From: Myxococcota bacterium
GTDB lineage: Bacteria; Myxococcota_A; Polyangia; Polyangiales; Sandaracinaceae
Length of the DNA stretch: 44,779 nucleotides
NCBI GenBank assembly: GCA_036149055.1
Contig: JAYZQJ010000120.1
Location: 1-44,779 of the forward strand
Reading direction: 5' to 3'
The notes under the pieces are model-generated. The model did not search any database, was not told where the DNA came from, and saw nothing but the letters and a program-made list of their open reading frames with translations. Made by a program: the position numbers and the translations under genes. How positions within the stretch are numbered: position 1 is the stretch's first letter; each line of letters begins with the position of its first letter. Positions 12,603 to 20,834 of the stretch are shown in pieces.

Positions 12603-13463
12603 ATGCTCCAGCGACCCGGCTCAGGAACCCAGCTTCGCACCTGCACCTTCGGGTGTGTGCCCGTGCGCGACGACTTCGACACCCGCGCGCGCCTGAACGA
12701 CCTCGCCGAGGCGATCTCGCGCGCCCTCGGGATCCCGGTCCGCCCCCACCGCGCGCCCAGCCCCGCCGCGCTCGCCCACGCCTACCGCGCCGGGCGCGTG
12801 CAGCTCGCGTGGGTCTCGCCGGTGCTGGCGGCGACCGACGAGGCCTTCGCCGACGCGACGCCGCTGGTTCGCTCGGTGCGACAAGGCGTGTCTCGATACC
12901 ACGGGGTGCTCTTCGCGGCGCGCGACGGCAGGGTTCGCCGGCTCGACGACCTCGACGGCGCGGTGGCGGCGTGGGTGACCGAGTCGTCGGCCGCCGGCTA
13001 CGTCTTCCCGCGGGCCGCGCTCGCCCGCCGCGGCTTCGAGCCCCGCTCCACGTTCGGCGCGGAGCGACTGTGCGGCTCCCACGGCGAGGTGGTGCGCGCG
13101 GTCGAGGCCGGGCAGGCCGACGTCGGCGCGACCTTCGCGGTCTACCGCGAGGGCGACCCGGCGCGAGAGCTGGTCCGCGCGGGCTTCTCCGAGGACGGCA
13201 CCCGGCTCGATCGTTTCCGGGTGCTGCTCACGACCGACCCGATCCCCGCCGACGTGGTGGTCGCCGCCCCCTCCGCGCTCGTCACCGCGCGCGGCGACGT
13301 GCGGGGCGCGCTCGAGCGGCTCCACGAGGATCCCGTCGCCCTGAACGCGCTCAGCCACGTGCTCGGCGCCGAGCGGTTCGCGCGGGCGGAGCCGGGCGAG
13401 CTGCGCAGCCTGAGGGCGCAGCTCGGGGCCTCGATCGAGCTCGGCGGCGCCGCCGCCGGTTGA
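12603..13463 (+). CDS. PhnD/SsuA-like (phosphate/phosphonate) substrate-binding-fold protein, no signal peptide
   Basis: YHGVLFA, DLDG..AWV..SSAAGYVFP, GSHGEVVRAVEAGQADVGAT, TDPIPAD motifs. Confidence 0.8.
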   Translation: MLQRPGSGTQLRTCTFGCVPVRDDFDTRARLNDLAEAISRALGIPVRPHRAPSPAALAHAYRAGRVQLAWVSPVLAATDEAFADATPLVRSVRQGVSRYHGVLFAARDGRVRRLDDLDGAVAAWVTESSAAGYVFPRAALARRGFEPRSTFGAERLCGSHGEVVRAVEAGQADVGATFAVYREGDPARELVRAGFSEDGTRLDRFRVLLTTDPIPADVVVAAPSALVTARGDVRGALERLHEDPVALNALSHVLGAERFARAEPGELRSLRAQLGASIELGGAAAG

Positions 13464-13494
13464 CGGCTCGACGCCCGAATCGTACCCCCGCCGG

Positions 13495-15399
13495 GTGAGC
13501 GCCGGAGACGACCGTGCGGCGGAGGTGGCAGCGGCGGAGGTGGCTGCGGCGGAGGTGGCAGCGGCGGACGTGGCGGCGGCGGTCGTCGCGGCCGCGGAGC
13601 TCCGCGACGCGCGCCTCAGCCGGGACCAGCGGCGGCGTCGGGGCGTGGTGCACACCCCGCCCGAGCTCGCCCGGTTCATGGCGCGACGGGTCGACGCGGC
13701 GCTGCAGGAGCTCGGGCTCGCGGGCCTCGGCGACCGGCGGGTGTCGCTCCTCGACCCCGCGTGCGGCCCCGGGGTGTTCCTCGCGGCCGCCCTCTCGGAG
13801 GCGACCGGCCCCGGGCCGGGCGAGGTGCTCGGGCTGGACGTCGACGCGGGGGCGCTCGAGCTCGCCCGGGAGATCCTCGACCCCGCGTTCGCCCGCCGCG
13901 GCTGGCCGCTGTCGCTCCGCCGCGCGGACACGCTCTCCGCGCCGCCGCCGATCGACCCGGCGCGGGTCCCGGTCGTGCTGGGCAACCCGCCGTGGGCCGG
14001 CCGCACCGCCAACCGGGAGGCCGCCTACACCGAGGGGCTCCTCGACGACTTCCGGCGCGAGCCCGACGGCGGCCCGCTGCGCGAGCGCAAGATCGGCGTG
14101 CTCTCCGACGACTACGTGCGCTTCTTCCGGTGGGCGGCCGAGGCGGTCCGGGCGCGCCCGCGCGGGGTCGTCGCGCTGGTCACGAACGCCTCCTTCCTCG
14201 ACGGCCCCGTGCACCGCGGGATGCGCGCCGCGCTCCTCCGCTGGTTCGACGCCATCGAGGTGGTCGACCTCGGAGGGTCGGCTCTCTTGGCGAAGGCGGG
14301 GGAGCGGGACGGCAACGTGTTCGGCGTGCGGGTCGGGGCCGCGATCACGGTGGCCGTCCGCGGCGTGGCGTCTCGCGCCGTCTCCGCCGCCACTGTCTCC
14401 TCCGCCGCAGTGTCCTACAGCGCAGTCTCCTACAGCGCAGTCCGCGGCGACGCCGAGGCCAAGCTCGCGGCGCTCGACGCCGGGGCCCCCGCGCCCACGC
14501 CGCTGCGCGCCGCCCCGCCGCTGCACCGCTTCGTGCCCGGCCCGCCGGCCGATCCCCGCTACGACGCCTGGCCCGCGCTCCCGGCGCTGATGCCCTTCCA
14601 CCGCGAGGGCGTGCAGACCAACCGCGACGCTTTCTGCGTCGACGCCGATCCCGAGGCGCTGCGCGCGCGCCTCCGCGCGTTCGCCGAAGGCGCCCCGGGC
14701 CCGTTCCCGGGCAAGGCCGACGTGGCGAGCCGGCACTACGACCCGGACCGGGCCCGCGCCGCCGTCCGCGACGCGCTCGCCGCCGACCCGGACGGGATCC
14801 TGCGCCGCGTCGCCTACCGCCCGCTCGACGTGCGGTGGATCGCGCCGATCTCGACGGTGTGTCACCGCCCCCGACCGCCGCTGCGCGCGGCCATGGCCCA
14901 CTCGCCCTTGGCCCTGCTCACCGTGCGCAAGGACCGCGGGCAGCGCCCCTGGAGGCACGCGGCCGCGACGCGCCACCTGGTCGACAACTGCTTTCTCAGC
15001 TCGCGATCGAGCTGCCGGACCCGCGCGTTCCCGTCGCACCGCCCGGACGGCGAGCCCAACCTGGACGCCGCCGCGCTCGCCGCCTGGACGCCGGCGCTCG
15101 AGTGGAGCCCGGAGGACCTGATCCGCTACGCGCTGTGCGTGCTGGCGTCGTCCCCCTACCGCACGCGCTGGGACGGACAGCTGCGCGCCGATCACCCCCG
15201 GCTCCCTCCGCCGCCGGACGCGTCGGTCCGGAGCGCGTGCGCCGCCGCGGGGGCCCGCCTGGCGGAGGCCCTGGACGCCGGACCCGACGGCTCGGCGGTC
15301 GAGGTCGAGATCGGCCACCACCGGGCCCCGGGGGCGGGGCGCGTCGCGGAGGCCCTCGCGGGGTGCGACGCGATGACGCAGGGGTGGCTCGGTGATTGA
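13495..15399 (+). CDS. N6-adenine DNA methyltransferase with type ISP-like C-terminal specificity domain (no nuclease/helicase)
   Basis: GVVHTP (motif X), LLDPACGPGVF (motif I), GNPPW (motif IV), DDYVRFFRW, TNASFLDG..RGMR..L, NVFGVRVG, GVQTNRD, AYRPLDVRW, YALCVL.S..YR.R....L..DHPRLP. Confidence 0.85.
   Translation: MSAGDDRAAEVAAAEVAAAEVAAADVAAAVVAAAELRDARLSRDQRRRRGVVHTPPELARFMARRVDAALQELGLAGLGDRRVSLLDPACGPGVFLAAALSEATGPGPGEVLGLDVDAGALELAREILDPAFARRGWPLSLRRADTLSAPPPIDPARVPVVLGNPPWAGRTANREAAYTEGLLDDFRREPDGGPLRERKIGVLSDDYVRFFRWAAEAVRARPRGVVALVTNASFLDGPVHRGMRAALLRWFDAIEVVDLGGSALLAKAGERDGNVFGVRVGAAITVAVRGVASRAVSAATVSSAAVSYSAVSYSAVRGDAEAKLAALDAGAPAPTPLRAAPPLHRFVPGPPADPRYDAWPALPALMPFHREGVQTNRDAFCVDADPEALRARLRAFAEGAPGPFPGKADVASRHYDPDRARAAVRDALAADPDGILRRVAYRPLDVRWIAPISTVCHRPRPPLRAAMAHSPLALLTVRKDRGQRPWRHAAATRHLVDNCFLSSRSSCRTRAFPSHRPDGEPNLDAAALAAWTPALEWSPEDLIRYALCVLASSPYRTRWDGQLRADHPRLPPPPDASVRSACAAAGARLAEALDAGPDGSAVEVEIGHHRAPGAGRVAEALAGCDAMTQGWLGD
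13516..13590 (+). repeat. 15-bp in-frame tandem repeat (AAEVA x4 plus a degenerate fifth copy)
   Basis: GCGGCGGAGGTGGCA / GCGGCGGAGGTGGCT / GCGGCGGAGGTGGCA / GCGGCGGACGTGGCG / GCGGCGGTCGTCGCG. Confidence 0.9.
14380..14439 (+). repeat. 15-bp in-frame tandem repeat x4 (VSAAT VSSAA VSYSA VSYSA)
   Basis: GTCTCCGCCGCCACT / GTCTCCTCCGCCGCA / GTGTCCTACAGCGCA / GTCTCCTACAGCGCA. Confidence 0.85.
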
Positions 15400-15411
15400 C
15401 GTTCCCGCGGG

Positions 15412-16539
15412 GTGGCGACAACCTCTCGGCACTCCATGGCCGCCGGCAAGAAGCCGCGCCTGACGGCGAAGCTCCGCCGGGCGCCGACGAAGTACGAGCC
15501 GAAGGCCCGCCTCGCTGCGGGCGGCATGGCCGAGGTGTGGCGCGGCGACGCCGTCTTCGAGGACGGCGGCCGGCACGCGGTGGCCATCAAGCGCGTGCTG
15601 CCGGAGCTCGGCAAGCAGCAGGTCTATCGCTCGATGTTCGAGGACGAGGCGCGCCTCGGCATGATGCTGCAGCACGAGAACATCGTGCGGGTCTACGACG
15701 CGCGCGACGTCGGCGGCACGTTCATCATGATCATGGAGCTGGTCGACGGGACGTCGCTCAAGGACCTGCTCGAGCGGGCCCACGCGCGGAAGGCGGCGAT
15801 GCCGGCGGCGACCGCGCTCTTCATCGGGCTGGAGCTCGCCAAGGCGCTCGACTACGCGCACACCGCCCGGCACCCGGACGGTCACGCGCTGGGCATCATC
15901 CACCGCGACGTCTCCCCCCACAACCTGCTGCTCAGCCGCCACGGGCACGTGAAGCTCGCCGACTTCGGGCTCGCCGACGCCAACGTGCACGAGACCCACC
16001 TCGGCGACGGCATGCTCGGCGGCAAGCTCGGCTACCTCGCCCCCGAGATCATTCGCCAGGAGCCCACCACTCATCAGGTCGACGTCTTCGCCCTCGGCAT
16101 CGTGCTGTGGGAGATGCTCTGCGGCCGCCGCCTCTTCGTCGGCGACGACGACGCGGGCACCGTCCGGGCGGTCGCGCGGTGCGAGGTGCCGCCGGCCCGC
16201 GCCTACAACAAGGGCGTCACCGAGAGCGTCGAGGAGCTGCTCCGCGATCTGCTCGCGAGCCACACCGAGGAGCGCGTGCTCACCGCGGCGAGCGCGGTCG
16301 CCCGGCTCGAGTCCATCCTCCACGACATCGATCGCGAGGTCGGCCCGCGCGACGTCGGCCTCCTCGTGGGCCTGCACCTCGCCACCGCCGCCCGGGCCAA
16401 GCAGCCCGAGCCCCCCGCCGCCCTCGCCGAGCTGCTCGCCGCCGAGCTGGCGATGTTCGCCGAGGCCGCCGCCGAGGACGGAGCCGCGCCGCTCGGCGCG
16501 ACCCCGCTCGACCCCGATTCGTTTCTGTCGGGTTCCTGA
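15412..16539 (+). CDS. Hanks-type Ser/Thr protein kinase, cytoplasmic
   Basis: LAAGGMAEVW, VAIKR, HENIV, IIHRDVSPHN, VKLADFG, GKLGYLAPE, DVFALG; no TM segment. Start could be ATG 15436. Confidence 0.93.
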   Translation: MATTSRHSMAAGKKPRLTAKLRRAPTKYEPKARLAAGGMAEVWRGDAVFEDGGRHAVAIKRVLPELGKQQVYRSMFEDEARLGMMLQHENIVRVYDARDVGGTFIMIMELVDGTSLKDLLERAHARKAAMPAATALFIGLELAKALDYAHTARHPDGHALGIIHRDVSPHNLLLSRHGHVKLADFGLADANVHETHLGDGMLGGKLGYLAPEIIRQEPTTHQVDVFALGIVLWEMLCGRRLFVGDDDAGTVRAVARCEVPPARAYNKGVTESVEELLRDLLASHTEERVLTAASAVARLESILHDIDREVGPRDVGLLVGLHLATAARAKQPEPPAALAELLAAELAMFAEAAAEDGAAPLGATPLDPDSFLSGS

Positions 16540-16760
16540 GGTCCCTCTCTGCCGACGCCTCGATCCTCCCTACTCGCTGGAAGCGAGGAAGGTGGGAAAC
16601 GAGGAAGAGAGAGGGAGGAGTGGGCGGCGTCTCGGACGCTTCTTCTAGACAGGGAGGAGGCGAGGAGGAATGGGCCAGGGACAGAGGGGCGCCTCGGAGA
16701 CGTGCGCTAGACTGCTTGCATTGCCTCTCGGGTCGCGTCACGACGGGGGGGCACGGCGAG

Positions 16761-17600
16761 GCAAGCGCGATGAAGCTGGTGGATCTGATCGCGAGGAGTG
16801 ACGAGTCGGAGCTCCTGTCCTTGCGGTACGACGGCTTCGTGCTCGAGCAGGACCTGCTGCTCGGCGAGGACGCGGAGCCCGTGACGGTGCGGATCCCGAC
16901 CCATCGCATCTGGACCTGCTTGCCCACCGGAGAGGAGTCGAAGTCTTCGCGTACCTGCGCGTTCCGATACGACCGACTCGCCGACCTTGCCGTCCAGAAC
17001 AATCGCTACGTTCCCGCCAGCGACTTCGTCGGGGTCATGAAGGAGGCTCGCGCCAACCGAGCGATGGCCTACGGCACCAAGGTCGGAGAGTACGGTGTGC
17101 TCTCCCTCGCGAGCGCTCGGAGGATCGTCTCCTTCTTGGTCCGCGCAGATGACGCAGACGAAGTCGAGGTGCTGCCGCTGCGGGAACTGCCACGAAGCAC
17201 CACGCCGATGGCAAACGCGATGAAGCTGTCCGATCTGATCCCGAGGACTGGCGACGCGGAACTCCTGGGGCTCCGGTACGACGGCATCGCGCTCGAGCTG
17301 GACTTGCTGCTCGATGACGACTGGGATGAAGTCCGGGTGCGGATTCCGACCGACCGCATCGCGACGCGCCTGGCGCCAAGGTATCCGCAAGTGTGCTTTC
17401 TCCTGCACGACCGGCTCGAGGGCCTCGCCGTCTCCCGGGGCCGCTACGTTCCCGCCAGCGGCTTCGTCGGGGTCATGAAGGAGACTCGCTCCGACCGAAC
17501 GTTGGCCTACGGCACCAAGGTCGGAGAGTACTGCGGCGTGCTCTCTCTCCATGCCGGCTCGAAGCTCGTCTCGTGCTTGATCCGTACGGACGAGGTCGAG
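16761..17600 (+). repeat. Direct tandem duplication (about 16761-17172 vs about 17211-17600)
   Basis: Both copies begin GCAA(G/A)CGCGATGAAGCTG; 17004-17093 vs 17442-17531 differ at only 6 of 90 nt. Confidence 0.9.
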
Positions 17601-17627
17601 GTTCAGCTGCTGCAGGAGCCTTCATGA
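16770..17627 (+). CDS. Hypothetical protein made of two tandem homologous ~135-150-aa units
   Basis: ATG 16770 preceded by GAGG; unit 1 MKLVDLI..LRYDG..RIPT..RYVPAS.FVGVMKE..AYGTKVGEY; unit 2 starts at ATG 17220 with the same pattern; more A/T-rich codon usage than the flanks. Confidence 0.75.
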   Translation: MKLVDLIARSDESELLSLRYDGFVLEQDLLLGEDAEPVTVRIPTHRIWTCLPTGEESKSSRTCAFRYDRLADLAVQNNRYVPASDFVGVMKEARANRAMAYGTKVGEYGVLSLASARRIVSFLVRADDADEVEVLPLRELPRSTTPMANAMKLSDLIPRTGDAELLGLRYDGIALELDLLLDDDWDEVRVRIPTDRIATRLAPRYPQVCFLLHDRLEGLAVSRGRYVPASGFVGVMKETRSDRTLAYGTKVGEYCGVLSLHAGSKLVSCLIRTDEVEVQLLQEPS

Positions 17628-17703
17628 AGCACCCCGCTGCTGAGCCGAAGAGCTCGCCCTCGGATCACGGGCGACTCGGGGACCGGACCGAGCACGGGAG
17701 GCC

Positions 17704-18363
17704 GTGATGTTGCTGCGGGACATCTCCCTTTTTCTGAACGTCGACGAGTACGAACGGATCTACCGCAGCGACTTCCAGTTCCGATCACGGTATCTCTGCA
17801 ACTTCGTTCGACGCCGAATCAAGCCGTTGAGGTTTCGAACCGAGGGGTTCGGAAGCATCGCCGTCCAAGGCTGCCGTGAGCCGAAGGAAGGCTGTCCGAT
17901 CGAAGGAGAGAAGGTAGCGGCCCCAAGGGTGAGGTTCGATCGGCAGCGGTATGACTCGCTGCGTCCGGAAGAGTGTCACGAGCTCTTCATCGGAATGCTC
18001 TGGCAGGGGCTCGAGAAGTGTGCCCGCCATCACCGCATCCCTCTCCTGGAGATGGAGGCAGCGATCGACGAGTTCCGGGCCGGTGGCTATCGCAACGAGT
18101 GGACCTTCAAGAGGAGGACCTTTCGGTCCTACGGGCTCGAGGCTTCGTTGAACTGCAGCCTCGACATGGAGAAGTTCGTCCTGACGCTAGAGGTCGAGCG
18201 GAAAGGTGTAGTCGTCTACGACGCTCCGATCCTCGAAACCAAGCCCGACGAGCTCATCTTCGACTACCGGTTCAAGGACGTGGTCCTCGATGGTCAGGCC
18301 CTGGTGGTCATGAGCAAGTCCGGCGAGGCGACGTTCTCACTGGACCTCAGCGCGTTGGCCTGA
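17704..18363 (+). CDS. Hypothetical protein, possibly a polymorphic-toxin immunity-type orphan
   Basis: GGGAGG RBS, GTG 17704 or ATG 17707 start; globular aromatic-rich composition and atypical codon usage. Function is inference only. Confidence 0.7.
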   Translation: MMLLRDISLFLNVDEYERIYRSDFQFRSRYLCNFVRRRIKPLRFRTEGFGSIAVQGCREPKEGCPIEGEKVAAPRVRFDRQRYDSLRPEECHELFIGMLWQGLEKCARHHRIPLLEMEAAIDEFRAGGYRNEWTFKRRTFRSYGLEASLNCSLDMEKFVLTLEVERKGVVVYDAPILETKPDELIFDYRFKDVVLDGQALVVMSKSGEATFSLDLSALA

Positions 18364-18390
18364 AGCCGCGACAAGTATTGCCGCGGCTTC
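18362..18390. terminator. Hairpin between convergent genes (putative terminator)
   Basis: GAAGCCGCG-A-CAA GTA TTG-C-CGCGGCTTC, overlapping the TGA of 17704..18363. Confidence 0.55.
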
Positions 18391-18504
18391 CACGCGCGTG
18401 AGCGCGTGAGATGGGGTGGGAGCCCGAGCCGGCTTCGCCGGTCGGGCGGGAGGGGGCGCATGCCCCCTCCGGAAAGTGAGTCCTCGCCAGGGCGGACCGG
18501 CCGC

Positions 18505-19665
18505 TCAGCGGACGCGGAGGCCGGTGGGGGCGACGCGAAACAGGGCGGAGGTGATGGCGTGCGGCGCGCGGGCGGCGTCTTCGGTGACGCGGGCGCGGAG
18601 GGCCTCGGCGAGGGCGGCGGTGTCGGCGCTCGCCCAGAGGGCGTCGCGGTGGGGCGCGGCGACGAGGAAGGGCGTGCCGAGCTCGGGGGCGAGCACGTCG
18701 TGCAGGGTGGGGAGGAGGAGGCGCGCGCCGTCGAGGCCGTCGCCGGTGCGGGCCACGACCAGGGGGCCCTCGGAGGTGTCGACCCGGGCGAAGCGGGCGC
18801 GCTCGGAGCGGGCGGCGAGGTTGCGGGCGGCGAGGGAGAGGGCGTCGTCGAGGCTCCACTTCGCGCGATCGAGCTCGTCGGCCCGGAGGTAGCGGGCGCG
18901 GTCGTCGTAGTGCGCGATGAGGGTCACCTCGAGCGCGCCGTCGAAGAGCGGCCGGGCGGCGAGCTGACCCCGGCCCTCGGCCGCGAGCTTGTCGGCGAAG
19001 CCGGGCGCGACGAGGCGAGGCAGGACGCGCGGCTCGAGCTCCGCGAAGTCGGAGGCGTCGCCGCCCCGGCCCGGCAGCATGGACACGAGCTTGTCGATGG
19101 CCTGCACGGCGGCGGCCTCGCTCTCGCCCTCGGTGGCCCGGAGCACGCGCGCGAGGTCGAGCTCCACGCCGTCGTCGAGGCGCAGGTCGGGGCCGAACTG
19201 CGCGGCGATCCGCTCGGCGCCGATCCGGGCGACCAGGAGGCGGGTGGCCCGGCCGACGCCGGCGCGCCCCGCCGCCTCGTCCTCCGCGCGGCCGACCTCC
19301 TCGGCGAGCACGCTCCGGGCGTCGGGGCCCTCGAGCGCGCGGTCGATCGCGGCGAAGGGATCGAAGAAGCCGTGGGCGCCGAGCCGGACCCGGTGCGCGC
19401 CCTCCCGGCTCACGTGGGCGCCCTCGCCGACGTGGGCCAGCAGCAGCAGGGCGAGCAGGGCGCCGGCGCCCTCGACGAAGGTCTCCTCGTCGCGCGGGTC
19501 GACCTCCTCGCGCTCGGCCCAGTCGTCGACGGCGTCGGCCAGGCGACGGAGGCCGTCGGCGCCCTCCGGCATGGGCCGCGGCGCCCCCGGGTGAGCGTCG
19601 AGGAAGGCGCGGGCGGCCGGCAGCAGCGGGCCGGCGACCGGCGCGAGCCGCGCGAGCCAGGCCAT
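18505..19665 (-). CDS. Hypothetical protein with DUF1444 (YtpQ)-like C-terminal domain
   Basis: ATG 19665 overlaps the acyl-CoA dehydrogenase stop; VLPRLV..ARYL..LAARNL..GDGLDGARLLLP..LVAAPHRDAL resembles DUF1444. Confidence 0.6.
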   Translation of the reverse strand: MAWLARLAPVAGPLLPAARAFLDAHPGAPRPMPEGADGLRRLADAVDDWAEREEVDPRDEETFVEGAGALLALLLLAHVGEGAHVSREGAHRVRLGAHGFFDPFAAIDRALEGPDARSVLAEEVGRAEDEAAGRAGVGRATRLLVARIGAERIAAQFGPDLRLDDGVELDLARVLRATEGESEAAAVQAIDKLVSMLPGRGGDASDFAELEPRVLPRLVAPGFADKLAAEGRGQLAARPLFDGALEVTLIAHYDDRARYLRADELDRAKWSLDDALSLAARNLAARSERARFARVDTSEGPLVVARTGDGLDGARLLLPTLHDVLAPELGTPFLVAAPHRDALWASADTAALAEALRARVTEDAARAPHAITSALFRVAPTGLRVR

Positions 19666-20834
19666 CAGACGCCCTTCAGCAGGTGCCGCGCGATCAGCAC
19701 CTTCTGGATGTCGCTCGCGCCTTCGTAGATCCGCAGCGCGCGCACGTCTTCGTAGAGCCGCGCCACCGCGCTCTCGTGCATGACCCCGCGCCCGCCGTGG
19801 AGCTGGACCGCGCGGTCGATGACCCGGAACGCGGCCTCGGTGGCCACGAGCTTCGCCATGCTGCCCGCCTTCGCCTCGGCGTCGCGGTCGGCGTCGCCCG
19901 CGTCGGACTGCGCCGCGCAGCGGTAGACGAGGAGGCGCGCCGCCTCGAGGTCGCAGGCCATGTCCGCGAGCCCCATCTGCACGGCCTGCTGCTCGGCGAG
20001 CGGGCCGCCGAACTGCCGCCGGCGCGAGACGTGGGCGAGGGTCTCGTCGAGCGCGCGCTGCCCGAAGCCGAGGGCCGCTGCGCCCACGGTGGGCCGGAAG
20101 CGGTGCAGGGTGCCGAGGGCGACCCGCATGCCGTCGCCCTCGTCGCCGAGGCGGTCGTCGGCCGGCACGCGCACGCCGTCGAGCCGGAGCTCGCCGATCG
20201 GGTGGCCGCCGAGCACCCGGGTGGAGGTGCGGGTGAGGCCCGGCGCGTCGCCGGGGACCACGAAGGCGCTGACCCGCCGCCGCTCGCCGGCCGGGGCGGT
20301 CGCCGCGAAGAGGGTGAAGACGTCGCCGATCGGCGCGTTGCTGATGAGGACCTTGTGGCCGCGCAGGACGTAGGCGTCGCCGTCGCGCTCGGCGGTGGTG
20401 CTGAGCCCCGAGAGATCCGATCCCGCCTCGGGCTCGGTGAGCGCGAAGCCGGCCACCGCCTCGCCCGAGAGCACCCGGGGCAGCCACCGAGCGCGCTGCG
20501 CGTCGGTGCCGTGCTCGCTGATCGCGTAGCTGCCGAGGCCCTGCATCGCGAAGGCGAGCTCGAGGAGCGGCGAGGCGTGCCCGAGGCGCTCGCGCGCGAG
20601 GCACACCGCCCGCCACTGCACCGCGTCGAAGGCGCCGCCGTCCCGCCCGTTCAGGACCAGCGCGAGCACCCCGCGCTCGCCGAGCAGGCGCACCATCGCG
20701 CGCAGCGAGGCGTGCGGGTCGCCCGACTCGAGCGCGGCGCCGTCCTCCGCCGCGGCGCCGGGCGATCGCCAGCCGGCCTCGATCACGGCCTCGTCGAGGA
20801 ACGCGCGCTCCAGCAGCGCGTCCGAGGGGATCAC
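19665..20834 (-). CDS. Acyl-CoA dehydrogenase
   Basis: FAMQGLGS, GFALTEPEAGSD, GHKVLISNA, RRQFG, DRAVQLHGGRGV, RALRIYEGASDIQ; GTG 20834 overlaps the upstream stop. Confidence 0.93.
   Translation of the reverse strand: MIPSDALLERAFLDEAVIEAGWRSPGAAAEDGAALESGDPHASLRAMVRLLGERGVLALVLNGRDGGAFDAVQWRAVCLARERLGHASPLLELAFAMQGLGSYAISEHGTDAQRARWLPRVLSGEAVAGFALTEPEAGSDLSGLSTTAERDGDAYVLRGHKVLISNAPIGDVFTLFAATAPAGERRRVSAFVVPGDAPGLTRTSTRVLGGHPIGELRLDGVRVPADDRLGDEGDGMRVALGTLHRFRPTVGAAALGFGQRALDETLAHVSRRRQFGGPLAEQQAVQMGLADMACDLEAARLLVYRCAAQSDAGDADRDAEAKAGSMAKLVATEAAFRVIDRAVQLHGGRGVMHESAVARLYEDVRALRIYEGASDIQKVLIARHLLKGV

Noticed and set aside
17004..17531. Near-identical repeat pair as a DGR template/variable repeat
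   Set aside because: Mismatches are not confined to adenines of one copy (one is G/T and the direction is mixed), both copies are coding, and there is no reverse transcriptase in the window.
15396..17627. 743-aa ORF as a kinase-overlapping fusion
   Set aside because: The 5' part is an alternative frame of the kinase and the intergenic DNA; the real gene starts at ATG 16770.
16540..18400. Islet as an IS element or prophage remnant
   Set aside because: No transposase, integrase, terminal inverted repeats or target-site duplication were recognised.
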